Assembly: GCA_030747785.1 (NCBI GenBank)
Contig: JASLKC010000057.1
Span: 10,495-74,494 of the forward strand
Reading direction: 5' to 3'
Length of the DNA: 64,000 nt
Origin: Candidatus Poseidoniaceae archaeon
GTDB lineage: Archaea; Thermoplasmatota; Poseidoniia; Poseidoniales; Poseidoniaceae
In this document: positions 11,401-19,799 of the stretch, piece by piece
Layout: the number at the start of each line of letters is the position of its first letter
Numbering within the stretch: position 1 is the first letter of the stretch
Notes under the pieces: generated by a model
What the model saw: the letters and a program-made list of their open reading frames with translations, nothing else
Told to the model about the DNA's origin: nothing
Database searches by the model: none
Position numbers and translations under genes: made by a program

Positions 11401-11601
11401 TATCAGGACCACGATGATGACGGAATGGCAACAGGATGGGAGTATTACTTCAATTTCGACCCGTATGATGGTGCAGACCGCATTATTGACACCGATGGTG
11501 ATGGGCACATGAATTATTGTGAATACAAGTGGGATACCAACCCACGTGACATCAACAGTTTCCCTGGTCAGGGCCAACTGTGCAATGCATTTGAGGAGTA
11601 G
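8500..11601 (+). CDS. giant secreted acidic protein with many thrombospondin-type-3-like Ca-binding repeats
   Basis: N-terminal hydrophobic signal/anchor (YVAIVSTLIFGSLFVGATG). More than 12 D-x-D-x-DG-x-x-D/G-x-E units are present (DSDGDGLPDSLEE, DTDKDGMSDGWE, DTDNDGLNDKWE, DTDGDGLKDGIE and others). There is one CNGCH motif at 10867-10881. Start is taken at the first ATG (8500) of the ORF that opens at TTG 8473. Confidence 0.75.
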   Translation: MTMSHNQMAYVAIVSTLIFGSLFVGATGFFQTSDGAGDFDSAAEEDLIGGGTNADLAADSDGDGLPDSLEESQYGTDPHDEDTDKDGMSDGWEIEHGLNPLDNGESDDAENDPSEANSEDAEIQEETDSWPDPDDGPNGDPDRDGLINSIEQELGTDPRRADTDNDGLNDKWESSYTHDIVTPTGNVTMFNPLSGNWGCLLLDDAMEEALSDRFDGEDGRPDWDSMANAQGHHSCDMVLDSDNDGLANLEEELYHTNPTLRDSDFDLIDDIVEISNSTVQLMTATGQNCGQDLLDPITRSAPFYELAEEHGLAWFEEDMDGDGQLNGPSDWDTDGDGMPDGFEYCFSNVLEHPYTGSSIAAQQILNPANSSDGYGDWDEDGMNNLEEYLVANIFGDNKFTSPWHADTDEDGMPDGWEATNGLDPRDGSNGDEDPDHDGYDADGNGLVMYSELENIATVAAIDVELDDWVSANQTVARAQITLSGGNRQTIPLVAPVDGFVYEIRVVPGQTIESRLDVWMEIVELDEMFTNLMEYNARDSDGDGIIDGRSTDPLNWDTDGDGLKDGIEVIGWEILVVNRGVQTTHVTSDPGLWDTDEDGLSDFKEYSEICDLGSNASNADTDGDGLGDQAEALNGFSWYGEDYFTSPCMYDTDNDGLEDGEEVILGQDNFLTHANNPDTDDDGLMDGHEVLFVPRPYQNPTNPLINDTDGDGMKDGWEMQVESIEDNARSHSLWVVSEPWLPPGCDSMIQCGLEEGGYMWKNWLGGFILEKKYEIHEMNLSNFAMPSNDRCNGCHGRWALDPSEGSLKDDTYDVDNDTLANSAEAPDRWNTNPVDDDTDGDLLPDGWEVSHSLQALELGLVDNTTSDAHGARGVMDPSLKDSDLDGIDDGQEDPDHDGLNRSGLIAKYCPSYDDPTSSNCHISPDTPDGKRFYDNLENYTNYEEFINGTNPITNDTDGDDWDDGPEVFYQDHDDDGMATGWEYYFNFDPYDGADRIIDTDGDGHMNYCEYKWDTNPRDINSFPGQGQLCNAFEE

Positions 11602-11604
11602 ATA

Positions 11605-13131
11605 ATGACTGAGATTAGCAGGCTGGGACTGCTATTTGTCACTCTACTGTTTGCAGTTACCATCCCATTAGATGTTGGCAGTGCTGACCATGATGGCACA
11701 GTACTAACCACAACTGCACCTGATGGAATTTGGGTGAATGATAGTCTGATAATCAATGGGTCAACCACAATACCAGCGCAAGATGCCTCCTGGGTTCTCT
11801 ACGATGTAACCGACCCGTATTCTGAATGGGAAATTTTGCGGACGGGTGAATTCTTCAGTACAGTCACACCTGTGGACGAAGGGATTTGGGTGTGGTCTAT
11901 CTCCATTGATACTCAAGGACTGAATTGCACATGCTGGCTTGAAGTAAGCCAACCTGATGGCTTGGAACGGGTTTTCTTGAATAGAATTATTTTCATCGGG
12001 GAAGGACCGCATAATCCAGTCCTTTCACCTGTACACGACCAGTCAATAATCGTAGATGAGCCAGTGCTCATTGCAACCCATGGAATTCTCGCACATGGGG
12101 ATTTAGATGATTCTCAACTGCTATTGGAATGGTGTAGTGCGCCTCAGGGAGCATGTGATGGTGATTTGCACAATCAGGAGATTAATGTCACATGGGATGG
12201 TAATGAAGGGACATTCCCGGTTGATGCTGATGCACTTAATTTGAGCGATGGCAGTTATCTATTCACCTATCATCTTAGAGATGCTGCATTACTAGAATCA
12301 CCGTTAGTATCTCTATTTGTTCATGTGGATCACACAGACCCAATCGCTTCTCTCAGTGCGCCTCTTAGTGTGAATGAATCCGAATTATTGATGATTGATG
12401 GCAGTGATAGCCGAGATGGAGTTTGGGGTAATGCCCTACAGGCAAATTGGTTCATTACATCTCCAGATGGTGTATTGAGAATTGCCGAACAATCAGAAAC
12501 AGATGGTCTCGTATTATCTCTTTATCCAGAACAGGCTGGAATCTGGAGTGTCAAAGTCGATGTAGTTGACATGGTGGGTAGAAGAGCTTCGCAAGAGATT
12601 ACAGTAATAGTCGAAAATATCGAGCCAGAATCATCATTCACGATCAACGGATTGGATGGTGCGCAATTCGCAAATTACACCTTCATCGAAGGTGATGAAA
12701 TGATATTAGATGGCTCTTCATCCATCGATACTGAATCGGACATGATTTCCCTTACTTACAGATGGACGATTGATGGCATCGACTCTGGAAACACTCCCAC
12801 AATTAATTTGAGCGAACTTGAAACTGGTACACATGTAGTGGAATTAACGGTGACTGATGATGATGGCATTACTTCTTCCAAAACGATATTATTCAGTGTG
12901 GAAGAGAAAGTTCTTCCAAATGAGAAGGCCTTGAATTACTCTGCGATTATTTTATTCGCAGTATTGGCACTAGGATTGGGCATATTTTCAACCAAGTGGT
13001 TGAAGGGAAACCAATCTGCAAACTCCATGCCAAAATGGCACAAATCTACTGATAATTCCAATGATGAATTTGACCTCAATGGCAGTGATTCAGGTATGTG
13101 GACAGACCCTAAATCCGAAGGCAAGGACTGA
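11605..13131 (+). CDS. secreted PKD-like domain protein with a C-terminal TM anchor
   Basis: Starts 4 nt after the previous stop. N-terminal signal LGLLFVTLLFAVTIPLDVGSA, PKD-like strands (HVVELTVTDDDGITSSKTILFSVEE) and C-terminal helix YSAIILFAVLALGLGIFSTKW. Confidence 0.6.
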   Translation: MTEISRLGLLFVTLLFAVTIPLDVGSADHDGTVLTTTAPDGIWVNDSLIINGSTTIPAQDASWVLYDVTDPYSEWEILRTGEFFSTVTPVDEGIWVWSISIDTQGLNCTCWLEVSQPDGLERVFLNRIIFIGEGPHNPVLSPVHDQSIIVDEPVLIATHGILAHGDLDDSQLLLEWCSAPQGACDGDLHNQEINVTWDGNEGTFPVDADALNLSDGSYLFTYHLRDAALLESPLVSLFVHVDHTDPIASLSAPLSVNESELLMIDGSDSRDGVWGNALQANWFITSPDGVLRIAEQSETDGLVLSLYPEQAGIWSVKVDVVDMVGRRASQEITVIVENIEPESSFTINGLDGAQFANYTFIEGDEMILDGSSSIDTESDMISLTYRWTIDGIDSGNTPTINLSELETGTHVVELTVTDDDGITSSKTILFSVEEKVLPNEKALNYSAIILFAVLALGLGIFSTKWLKGNQSANSMPKWHKSTDNSNDEFDLNGSDSGMWTDPKSEGKD

Positions 13132-13157
13132 AGAATCAGTTGTACGACGGATGTAAC

Positions 13158-14525
13158 ATGTGGGAGGACTCACTACGCGCTGTTGGAGCCGAACCAGCAG
13201 TATTGTCCGTTGAGGAGTATCGTGCGCGTCAGCAGCGTATTTTCTCTCAACTGCGTCCTGATGATTTATTGATAATCACAGCACCTCAAGAGTCCACCCG
13301 CTCCAACGATGTTCAGTATCCTTACCGCTCAAGTAGTGATTTGCTCTATTTGACAGGTTGGGCAGACCCAGAAGCAACAATGATCGCTCACAGCGAACAG
13401 GGCAAATGGCTCGTAACACTTTTTGTTCAACCTAAAGATGTACTAATGGAAATCTGGGAAGGGCGTCGCCCTGGAACCGAGGGGGCTGTTGCTGAGTGGG
13501 CAGTAGATTGTGCTGAGAGCCATTCCGATTTGAAGAGTATTCTAGATGAGCGCCTTTCCAAATGCACCAGAGTTTTAGTGAAAACCGGTGTTGACTATGA
13601 TATCGATGAAATAGTTACTGAGGCACTACAGGCTAATTCACGTGCCCGCCAGAGGTATGGCTCGGGACCGATTTCTATTGAAGACCCTTCCAGACGAATT
13701 TCTGAATTGCGATTACGTAAATCCGAGGGAGAGATATCCCAAATGAGGCATTCAGCCAAAGTTGCTTCTCAAGCACATATTCAGGCTATGAAAAACACTC
13801 GACCAGGCGTGGGTGAATGGCAACTCGAAGGTGTGATTGAAGGCCTATTCAAATATGCACGAACCAGTGGTACTGCATATCCTTGTATCATTGGAAGTGG
13901 TGATAATGCTACAGTACTGCATTATACTGTAAATGATGATATTTGTGAAGATGGAGAAATATTGCTTATCGATGCAGGTTGTGAATACCGAGGTTATGCC
14001 TCTGATATTACCCGTTCTTGGCCGGTAAATGGTAAATTTTCTGAGGCCCAAACTGAGATTTATCAACTCGTATTAGACTCTCAATTGGCTGCGATTGATA
14101 AGTGTAGAATCGGCAACCCTTACGATGCACCACACGAGGAAGCTCGCAGGGTACTCGCTGAAGGTCTAATCAATCTAGGGATAATCACTCAGACCCTAGA
14201 AGAAGCGCTAGATCCTGAAAATGGTGAACTGAAGAAATGGTATATGCACAATACTGGGCATTGGATTGGCTTGGATGTTCACGATGTAGGAGTTTACCGT
14301 CCCGATGATGAGGCCAGAGTTTTCGAAGAAGGCATGGTCATTACAGTTGAGCCAGGACTTTACTTTGGTTCTTGGAGACCAGATGTCGAATGTCCACCAA
14401 GATATTCCGATATCGGAATTAGAATCGAAGACGATGTTCTCATTACAACCGATGGCCCAGACGTGCTATCATCCGATTGTCCCAAGACCATTGTGGAAAT
14501 TGAGGCAATAGTGGGAACCGCTTGA
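13158..14525 (+). CDS. pepP: Xaa-Pro aminopeptidase (M24B)
   Basis: AMP_N-type N-terminus (YRSSSDLLYLTGW) and metal-ligand motifs LIDAGCEYRGYASDITR, HNTGHWIGLDVHD, VITVEPGLY and IRIEDDVLIT. Confidence 0.85.
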   Translation: MWEDSLRAVGAEPAVLSVEEYRARQQRIFSQLRPDDLLIITAPQESTRSNDVQYPYRSSSDLLYLTGWADPEATMIAHSEQGKWLVTLFVQPKDVLMEIWEGRRPGTEGAVAEWAVDCAESHSDLKSILDERLSKCTRVLVKTGVDYDIDEIVTEALQANSRARQRYGSGPISIEDPSRRISELRLRKSEGEISQMRHSAKVASQAHIQAMKNTRPGVGEWQLEGVIEGLFKYARTSGTAYPCIIGSGDNATVLHYTVNDDICEDGEILLIDAGCEYRGYASDITRSWPVNGKFSEAQTEIYQLVLDSQLAAIDKCRIGNPYDAPHEEARRVLAEGLINLGIITQTLEEALDPENGELKKWYMHNTGHWIGLDVHDVGVYRPDDEARVFEEGMVITVEPGLYFGSWRPDVECPPRYSDIGIRIEDDVLITTDGPDVLSSDCPKTIVEIEAIVGTA

Positions 14526-14534
14526 GGTGAATCG

Positions 14535-15701
14535 ATGTCTTGGAGGTCTATCCTCGAATCACACATGTCTTCAGGAGAAAGACTCACAGTTGAAGATGCA
14601 GTCATTCTCTATCGTGATGCCCCTCTACATTCACTTCGAAGCGCTGCAAATGTTAGGCGGAAACAAATGTTGCCGAGTGGTGAAGTAACTTATCTCATAG
14701 ATCGCAATATCAATTACACTAATATTTGCACAATTAACTGCCAGTTTTGTTCATTTTATCGCCCTCCTAGTCATGAGGAAACCTATACTCAAACCACTGA
14801 ACAAATCAGTGCGAGAATCTCTGAACTCGAAGAAATTGGAGGAGTGAGAATCCTGATGCAAGGCGGGGTAAATCCCGAATTGGGTATCGAATGGTACACA
14901 AACTTGCTCAATGAATTGAAAAATCGCCACCCCACGATAGATCTCGATTGCTTTAGTCCAATCGAAATTGAAGGAATTGCGGAGGTCACAGGACTCTCTA
15001 CATTGGAAGTACTCACTCAATTGAAGTCTGCTGGCATGCATGGTTTACCCGGCGGTGGAGCGGAAATGTTAGTCGATGATATCCGCATGGATATCTCGCC
15101 AAAGAAAGGTGCACCAGAAAATTGGCTGAGGGTAATGGGAGAGGCCCAGTCCCTTGGATTAATCACCAGTGCTACCAATGTAATTGGATTTGGAGAGGGT
15201 GCTGAAGCTAGAATTGAGCACATGTATAGGTTGAGAATATTGCAAGAAGAATCCCTTGAAATTCACGGTATTGGATTCACTTCTTTCATTGCATGGCCCG
15301 TACAGTTAGAGAATAACACATATGGTAAGCGTAATCGAGGAAGGAATCGCATTGAATTAGGCGCTGGTCCAAGCGAGTATCTCAGACATGTTGCCATTGC
15401 CCGATTATTCCTTGACAATTTTAACCACATTCAAGCATCATGGCCTACCATGGGTCTTGATATTGCACAAATAGCACTTCTTGGCGGTGCTGATGATATT
15501 GGTTCAACTATGATGGAAGAAAATGTAGTTTCAGCCTCTGGAACTGAAAAATTGGAGGCGAGTGAGGATGAGTTGCAATCGGCTATCGTGCGGGCTGGAT
15601 TCACGCCTCGTCGACGAAATTCACGCTATGATTTACTCGAAACTCCCGAACCGGTTTTGGTGCGGGAACAAATGGCTGCTCCATCACCCTCTCAGGTTTG
15701 A
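14535..15701 (+). CDS. radical-SAM enzyme of the MqnC/MqnE (futalosine-pathway) / CofH family
   Basis: NINYTNICTINCQFCSFYR (CxxxCxxC), LPGGGAEML, ATNVIGFGE and ARLFLDNFNHIQASW match the MqnC/MqnE-type layout. I cannot separate MqnC from MqnE by eye. Confidence 0.7.
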   Translation: MSWRSILESHMSSGERLTVEDAVILYRDAPLHSLRSAANVRRKQMLPSGEVTYLIDRNINYTNICTINCQFCSFYRPPSHEETYTQTTEQISARISELEEIGGVRILMQGGVNPELGIEWYTNLLNELKNRHPTIDLDCFSPIEIEGIAEVTGLSTLEVLTQLKSAGMHGLPGGGAEMLVDDIRMDISPKKGAPENWLRVMGEAQSLGLITSATNVIGFGEGAEARIEHMYRLRILQEESLEIHGIGFTSFIAWPVQLENNTYGKRNRGRNRIELGAGPSEYLRHVAIARLFLDNFNHIQASWPTMGLDIAQIALLGGADDIGSTMMEENVVSASGTEKLEASEDELQSAIVRAGFTPRRRNSRYDLLETPEPVLVREQMAAPSPSQV

Positions 15702-18676
15702 TCATACCAGACTAGCCACACATTTGCACGAATTTCTCTACTGCCACCACTGGTATCTTGAGGCACATATTCTTGGCCATTATAGAGCCCTTTGTAGACT
15801 AGATTATTCGTGCTTGAGTTATCGACCCAGTCGCTGATATCGTGAGTCCATTGTTTGACATCTTGACCAGCACACCAACCCGCTCTACCATATGGCCATG
15901 AACCAAATTGGTTTGCAGTAACGCCACGGTCAACTTCATTTTCACATCCTCTATTATCGTGAACTATTGGATGCCACTCATATGCATGGAATCCGTTGAG
16001 GTAGTAATGATGTTCGTGGTCGCAGAATTCCGCACAATTTGCTTGGTCTTGATTGAAGCCATGACCAGTAATTGTCGCAACAATTTTTACATTCTCATAA
16101 CTCGCTAAAGTTGTGAAATTATGCTGGCGTTTGTAATTGGATTCATTATTATATTGACCATTGAATTGACCACCTGTAAACACCTGCTCTCCACTGGTTG
16201 AACGCTCGCCAACATCCCAGTCACTGAAGAGCAATTTCACAGTCATAAGACCCTTATTTGCACCTTCGTATTTGAAGGTGCGAACATCCCCTTCTTCGAG
16301 CATGAATAAGTAAGGAGTAATGTCTGTAAGCCAACGTCCTTCCCGGCCATAAGTTGTAATCCAACGCATGAATTCCGTGCCGCAAATACTGGAATTATCA
16401 CGGTCACAAATTTTCAGATATGCGAGATAATCCCACTCGTGGCACCCCCCATAGCCTCCCTGGCCGTCTGAGTGGCGATTGCGTCTATCCTCGCACCCAT
16501 GTTCGTGGAATATTTCTAGAGTATCATATTGAGAAACATCGCGGGGTAAATCGATTGAAATATTGTCGTAAGCGCTACGGTAACCACCACTCCAACCACC
16601 GCTATGCCAGGTCTCATCCACGACTGTTACGACATGAACTCCGGGGTCTTGTTCCCGAATCTCGGACATGAATTCGTAATTGTACATCCTTGCTTCATAT
16701 GCCCAATGAGTGTGGTCATTTCCACTGGTAAGCCAATCGTTTAGCGAACCCGTTTCCCGAGCCCGCTGGAATCTATCTATGCCGTAAGAAAGAGACTGCC
16801 AATTATTGATGAGATCTCCCAATCCTCCACCGATATTACTCGCGTCTTGGTCGATGAAGTGGATTCTATCCATCCACTTCTCTTCCTCATCGGGATTAAG
16901 TGCATTTAGAACTGCAGTTTTTCTTGAGGTTACATCATTGTGGTATGTGGAGTCAAATGAACCATAGAAAAGGTGAGTATTATCTGGTAATTTGCGAATT
17001 AATGAACCTGGGTTACCAGCCCAATCGCCATTATTTGAGTTCCCAGAACTGTCGGTATATTTGAGCAGGAAAATGTAGACATCGTCACCAGTCCATTCAT
17101 TTCTGAAATAAAATGAACCATCGAGGCAAGGTAGGCTAAAGTGCGCAACTTTGTCGAAGCGCCCGTTCCCAGTGCCGCTTTCACTCCATGCAATTGGTAA
17201 TTGATATACAGCACATCCCGCTAAATCAACAGTCCATTTTTGCATCGTATCTGAACAGTTATCGACATTTGAAAATACTCCATCACCATCGAGATCAGCA
17301 CATCCAACTTCGTTGACTATATTGCCAATAGGAGTTCCTTCACATTGGTCAATGTCATCATTCACCCCATCGGTATCGCTATCCCTCTCACTAGCTGCAC
17401 AACCTCGCTCATCGACATCTAATGAGCCGAGAGGGGTCTGAGGGCATTCATCGAGAATCACTCCGGTAGAATTGACATCATCAACTCCATCATCGTCATC
17501 ATCATCGTCTTCTGTAGCATCATTACAACCATCGCCATCAAAATCAGAGTTTACATCGCTCACCCAATTTTGCAGGCCTTTCCAACATGAATCAGTGCTA
17601 TCCAATACGAGGTCGTTATCATCATCATCATCTTCGCCCATGTCTTTGCATCCATCGGAATCCCAATCTGAATACAGGTCAGAATTCCAATCTGTCAAAC
17701 CTAATGGGCACGCGTCCACGGTATCTTCAATCCCATCACCATCGTCATCACTATCATCAGTAGCGTCTGCACACCCATCCTGATCATGGTCGTTTTCAAA
17801 TGTTGAAACCCACCCTATTTCTGACGCACAAGAATCATCAACATCGGGAATGAGGTCATTATCATCATCCCTATCTTCTTCGAAATCATGACAGCCATCA
17901 CCGTCTCTATCGGTTGCTGGATTTGGGTTCCAACCATCGCTTTCTCCAAATCCATCCGGGCACGAATCATCATCATCTGCGATTCCATCTCCATCCATAT
18001 CGTCTCCTCCATTTAGGAATACACGTACAAGTCTGGAATCATTTGTTTGTGTCCATTGGCCACATGTTGCCGTAATGGTGAGTGAAATATCCTCTTCTAC
18101 AACCCCAAGAGGAACACTGAATGTGCCCTCGTCAGTTACATCACGCGCATGTCCTTGGTCGCTCGTGATTATGCAAGTTGAAAGCGATGTGTGGCTAATA
18201 GTTCCAGTTAATGTAAATGGCATTTCACTTTCCAATTCATGAATGGTCTCCATCGATAGCGATGTAATGCCTTCATCGGGTTTTGCGGCATCCATAATTA
18301 ACGAATCATCCACTTCTAAATCAAGGAGAGAAATTGTAACATGTACCATCCATTCACCAGGAGAATCAGGTACCCATGCAATTTGTAGACCATTTACAGT
18401 ATCGCTTACTGAGTATTCAATATCAGCAATACCGGTGGCTGAAATAAAACGAATAGTATGACTGTATTGTGCGTCTGCGGGTTCGACAATAATCTGTGCT
18501 GAAACGACATGCATCAAGCCAACTTTACCAGTGTCTGCACCGGATAATTCGATTGTAGCCACAGTCTCTTTGACTTCTATAATCGGCTCGACATCACCAT
18601 CATCGGTGGCGCCAAGACAACCTGAAAGAATCATGATTGTGACGAGAAGAAAAGCCCTAACCGACTTTCCATCCAT
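15692..18676 (-). CDS. lipobox-anchored secreted protein: Ig-like N-terminal region, TSP3 Ca-binding repeats and a C-terminal PNGase F-like domain
   Basis: Signal plus LSGC lipobox-like site. DxDxDG repeats lie at about nt 17270-18010. The C-terminal ~310 aa align by eye with Elizabethkingia PNGase F: CHEWDYLAY vs CDEWDRYAN, RWITTYG vs RFITPYW, ITGHG..NCAEFC vs ISGWGH..GCAEWC, GSWPYGRAGWCAGQDV vs GNWAPDRAGWCPGMAV. Start moved to the Met at 18676 to remove overlap with the upstream gene. Confidence 0.75.
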   Translation of the reverse strand: MDGKSVRAFLLVTIMILSGCLGATDDGDVEPIIEVKETVATIELSGADTGKVGLMHVVSAQIIVEPADAQYSHTIRFISATGIADIEYSVSDTVNGLQIAWVPDSPGEWMVHVTISLLDLEVDDSLIMDAAKPDEGITSLSMETIHELESEMPFTLTGTISHTSLSTCIITSDQGHARDVTDEGTFSVPLGVVEEDISLTITATCGQWTQTNDSRLVRVFLNGGDDMDGDGIADDDDSCPDGFGESDGWNPNPATDRDGDGCHDFEEDRDDDNDLIPDVDDSCASEIGWVSTFENDHDQDGCADATDDSDDDGDGIEDTVDACPLGLTDWNSDLYSDWDSDGCKDMGEDDDDDNDLVLDSTDSCWKGLQNWVSDVNSDFDGDGCNDATEDDDDDDDGVDDVNSTGVILDECPQTPLGSLDVDERGCAASERDSDTDGVNDDIDQCEGTPIGNIVNEVGCADLDGDGVFSNVDNCSDTMQKWTVDLAGCAVYQLPIAWSESGTGNGRFDKVAHFSLPCLDGSFYFRNEWTGDDVYIFLLKYTDSSGNSNNGDWAGNPGSLIRKLPDNTHLFYGSFDSTYHNDVTSRKTAVLNALNPDEEEKWMDRIHFIDQDASNIGGGLGDLINNWQSLSYGIDRFQRARETGSLNDWLTSGNDHTHWAYEARMYNYEFMSEIREQDPGVHVVTVVDETWHSGGWSGGYRSAYDNISIDLPRDVSQYDTLEIFHEHGCEDRRNRHSDGQGGYGGCHEWDYLAYLKICDRDNSSICGTEFMRWITTYGREGRWLTDITPYLFMLEEGDVRTFKYEGANKGLMTVKLLFSDWDVGERSTSGEQVFTGGQFNGQYNNESNYKRQHNFTTLASYENVKIVATITGHGFNQDQANCAEFCDHEHHYYLNGFHAYEWHPIVHDNRGCENEVDRGVTANQFGSWPYGRAGWCAGQDVKQWTHDISDWVDNSSTNNLVYKGLYNGQEYVPQDTSGGSREIRANVWLVWYDQT

Positions 18677-18713
18677 GGGTAGTCCACGCCAATCAAGCAG
18701 ATGAATGCTCGTA

Positions 18714-19790
18714 TTATAGAGAGTCACTCTCTGAGCGCCCATCACTGATAATCAAATTTGGATTCACGACTTCAGAGTCGGGATGTTTGACCTCTAGTGG
18801 AGAAACCCAAAGCAGAGGTCCATCCTTTTGGCGGCGAATAAGAAGAATCAATTCCCAATGCACTCTAATCAATCCACAATAAAGTGAACCAGGCCAATCT
18901 CCATCTGGAGACTCCAAAGAAAATTCACCACCTTCGAGAGTCATTTTTTCGCTACCGCCACTCGACATTATCCTCATAGGTCTAAGAAATACCCCACCTG
19001 GTATGTCATCACGTTGCATTGGAGCATCTTCACCCATACCTGTACCGTCATCGAGTCCTTTTTCCCAGTGGTGCGGTAGTGGCGTAGTAAGACCGGGAGG
19101 AGGCTGAGAATTCACATCCTTTCCAAGTGCTGTGAAAACCTTGTGCCTAGCGGGAGATAAGATTCCACATCGCCAAGTAATAGTGATATCCATCCAATCA
19201 TCCCTAGTTTCTGGAAGGGTAATTTTTCCCTTTAGTGCTTCACCTGAAATGATATCATCAAGATTGATGGTTGGCTGAATTGGCGCACTGTTTAGAAAGG
19301 TATTCTGTCGCTTTAGATCTCCAAGATTTGCACCGACTCGCAAAGCAATAGGGGTGAGCATGAATGGTACAACAATTAGTGCAAGTGCGGGGTAATCTAG
19401 CATTCCCAACCGTATTTTTCCTGTACCAAATACTGGGATTCCAATTGATTCTTGAAGCGGAGCGGTGAAAAGGTAGAACAGGCACAATAGTAGAACTATT
19501 ACTGAGCCATTGATAAATTTTCGAGCTTGGCCGTGAATTGGGTGAGGGAGTAGATACCAACCCGTTCTTTGCTGTTTGATAATCGCTGGTTCCTCTCCAT
19601 GAAAATCCAAGTCGTACTCATCACCCTCTACAACTCTTTCAATCAGCCATCCATCTTCATTTCCGACCTTGAATGGCGGTGCAATATCGCCTTCTACTTC
19701 GTATGTACTCTCGGCAATGGGTAAGGCTGCAGGAATTAGGCGTTCTGCCTCGAATGGAGGATATCGTACACGTTGCGTGACTTTCACCAT
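18714..19790 (-). CDS. hypothetical membrane protein (2-3 TM helices, beta-rich C-terminal domain)
   Basis: 358-aa ORF starting 10 nt downstream of the GGR gene stop. It has central hydrophobic helices (VIVLLLCLFYLFTAPL, ALALIVVPFMLTPIAL). No recognised motif. Confidence 0.45.
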   Translation of the reverse strand: MVKVTQRVRYPPFEAERLIPAALPIAESTYEVEGDIAPPFKVGNEDGWLIERVVEGDEYDLDFHGEEPAIIKQQRTGWYLLPHPIHGQARKFINGSVIVLLLCLFYLFTAPLQESIGIPVFGTGKIRLGMLDYPALALIVVPFMLTPIALRVGANLGDLKRQNTFLNSAPIQPTINLDDIISGEALKGKITLPETRDDWMDITITWRCGILSPARHKVFTALGKDVNSQPPPGLTTPLPHHWEKGLDDGTGMGEDAPMQRDDIPGGVFLRPMRIMSSGGSEKMTLEGGEFSLESPDGDWPGSLYCGLIRVHWELILLIRRQKDGPLLWVSPLEVKHPDSEVVNPNLIISDGRSESDSL

Positions 19791-19799
19791 ACTGATACC

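Noticed and set aside
8650-11520. Recurring 18-nt GATACCGATGGNGATGG units, considered as a CRISPR-like or satellite repeat array. The same unit occurs in reverse complement at about 17270-18010.
   Set aside because: The spacing is irregular, the units are degenerate and always in frame, and they encode the DxDxDG Ca-binding loops of TSP3 repeats. They are coding repeats, not an array.
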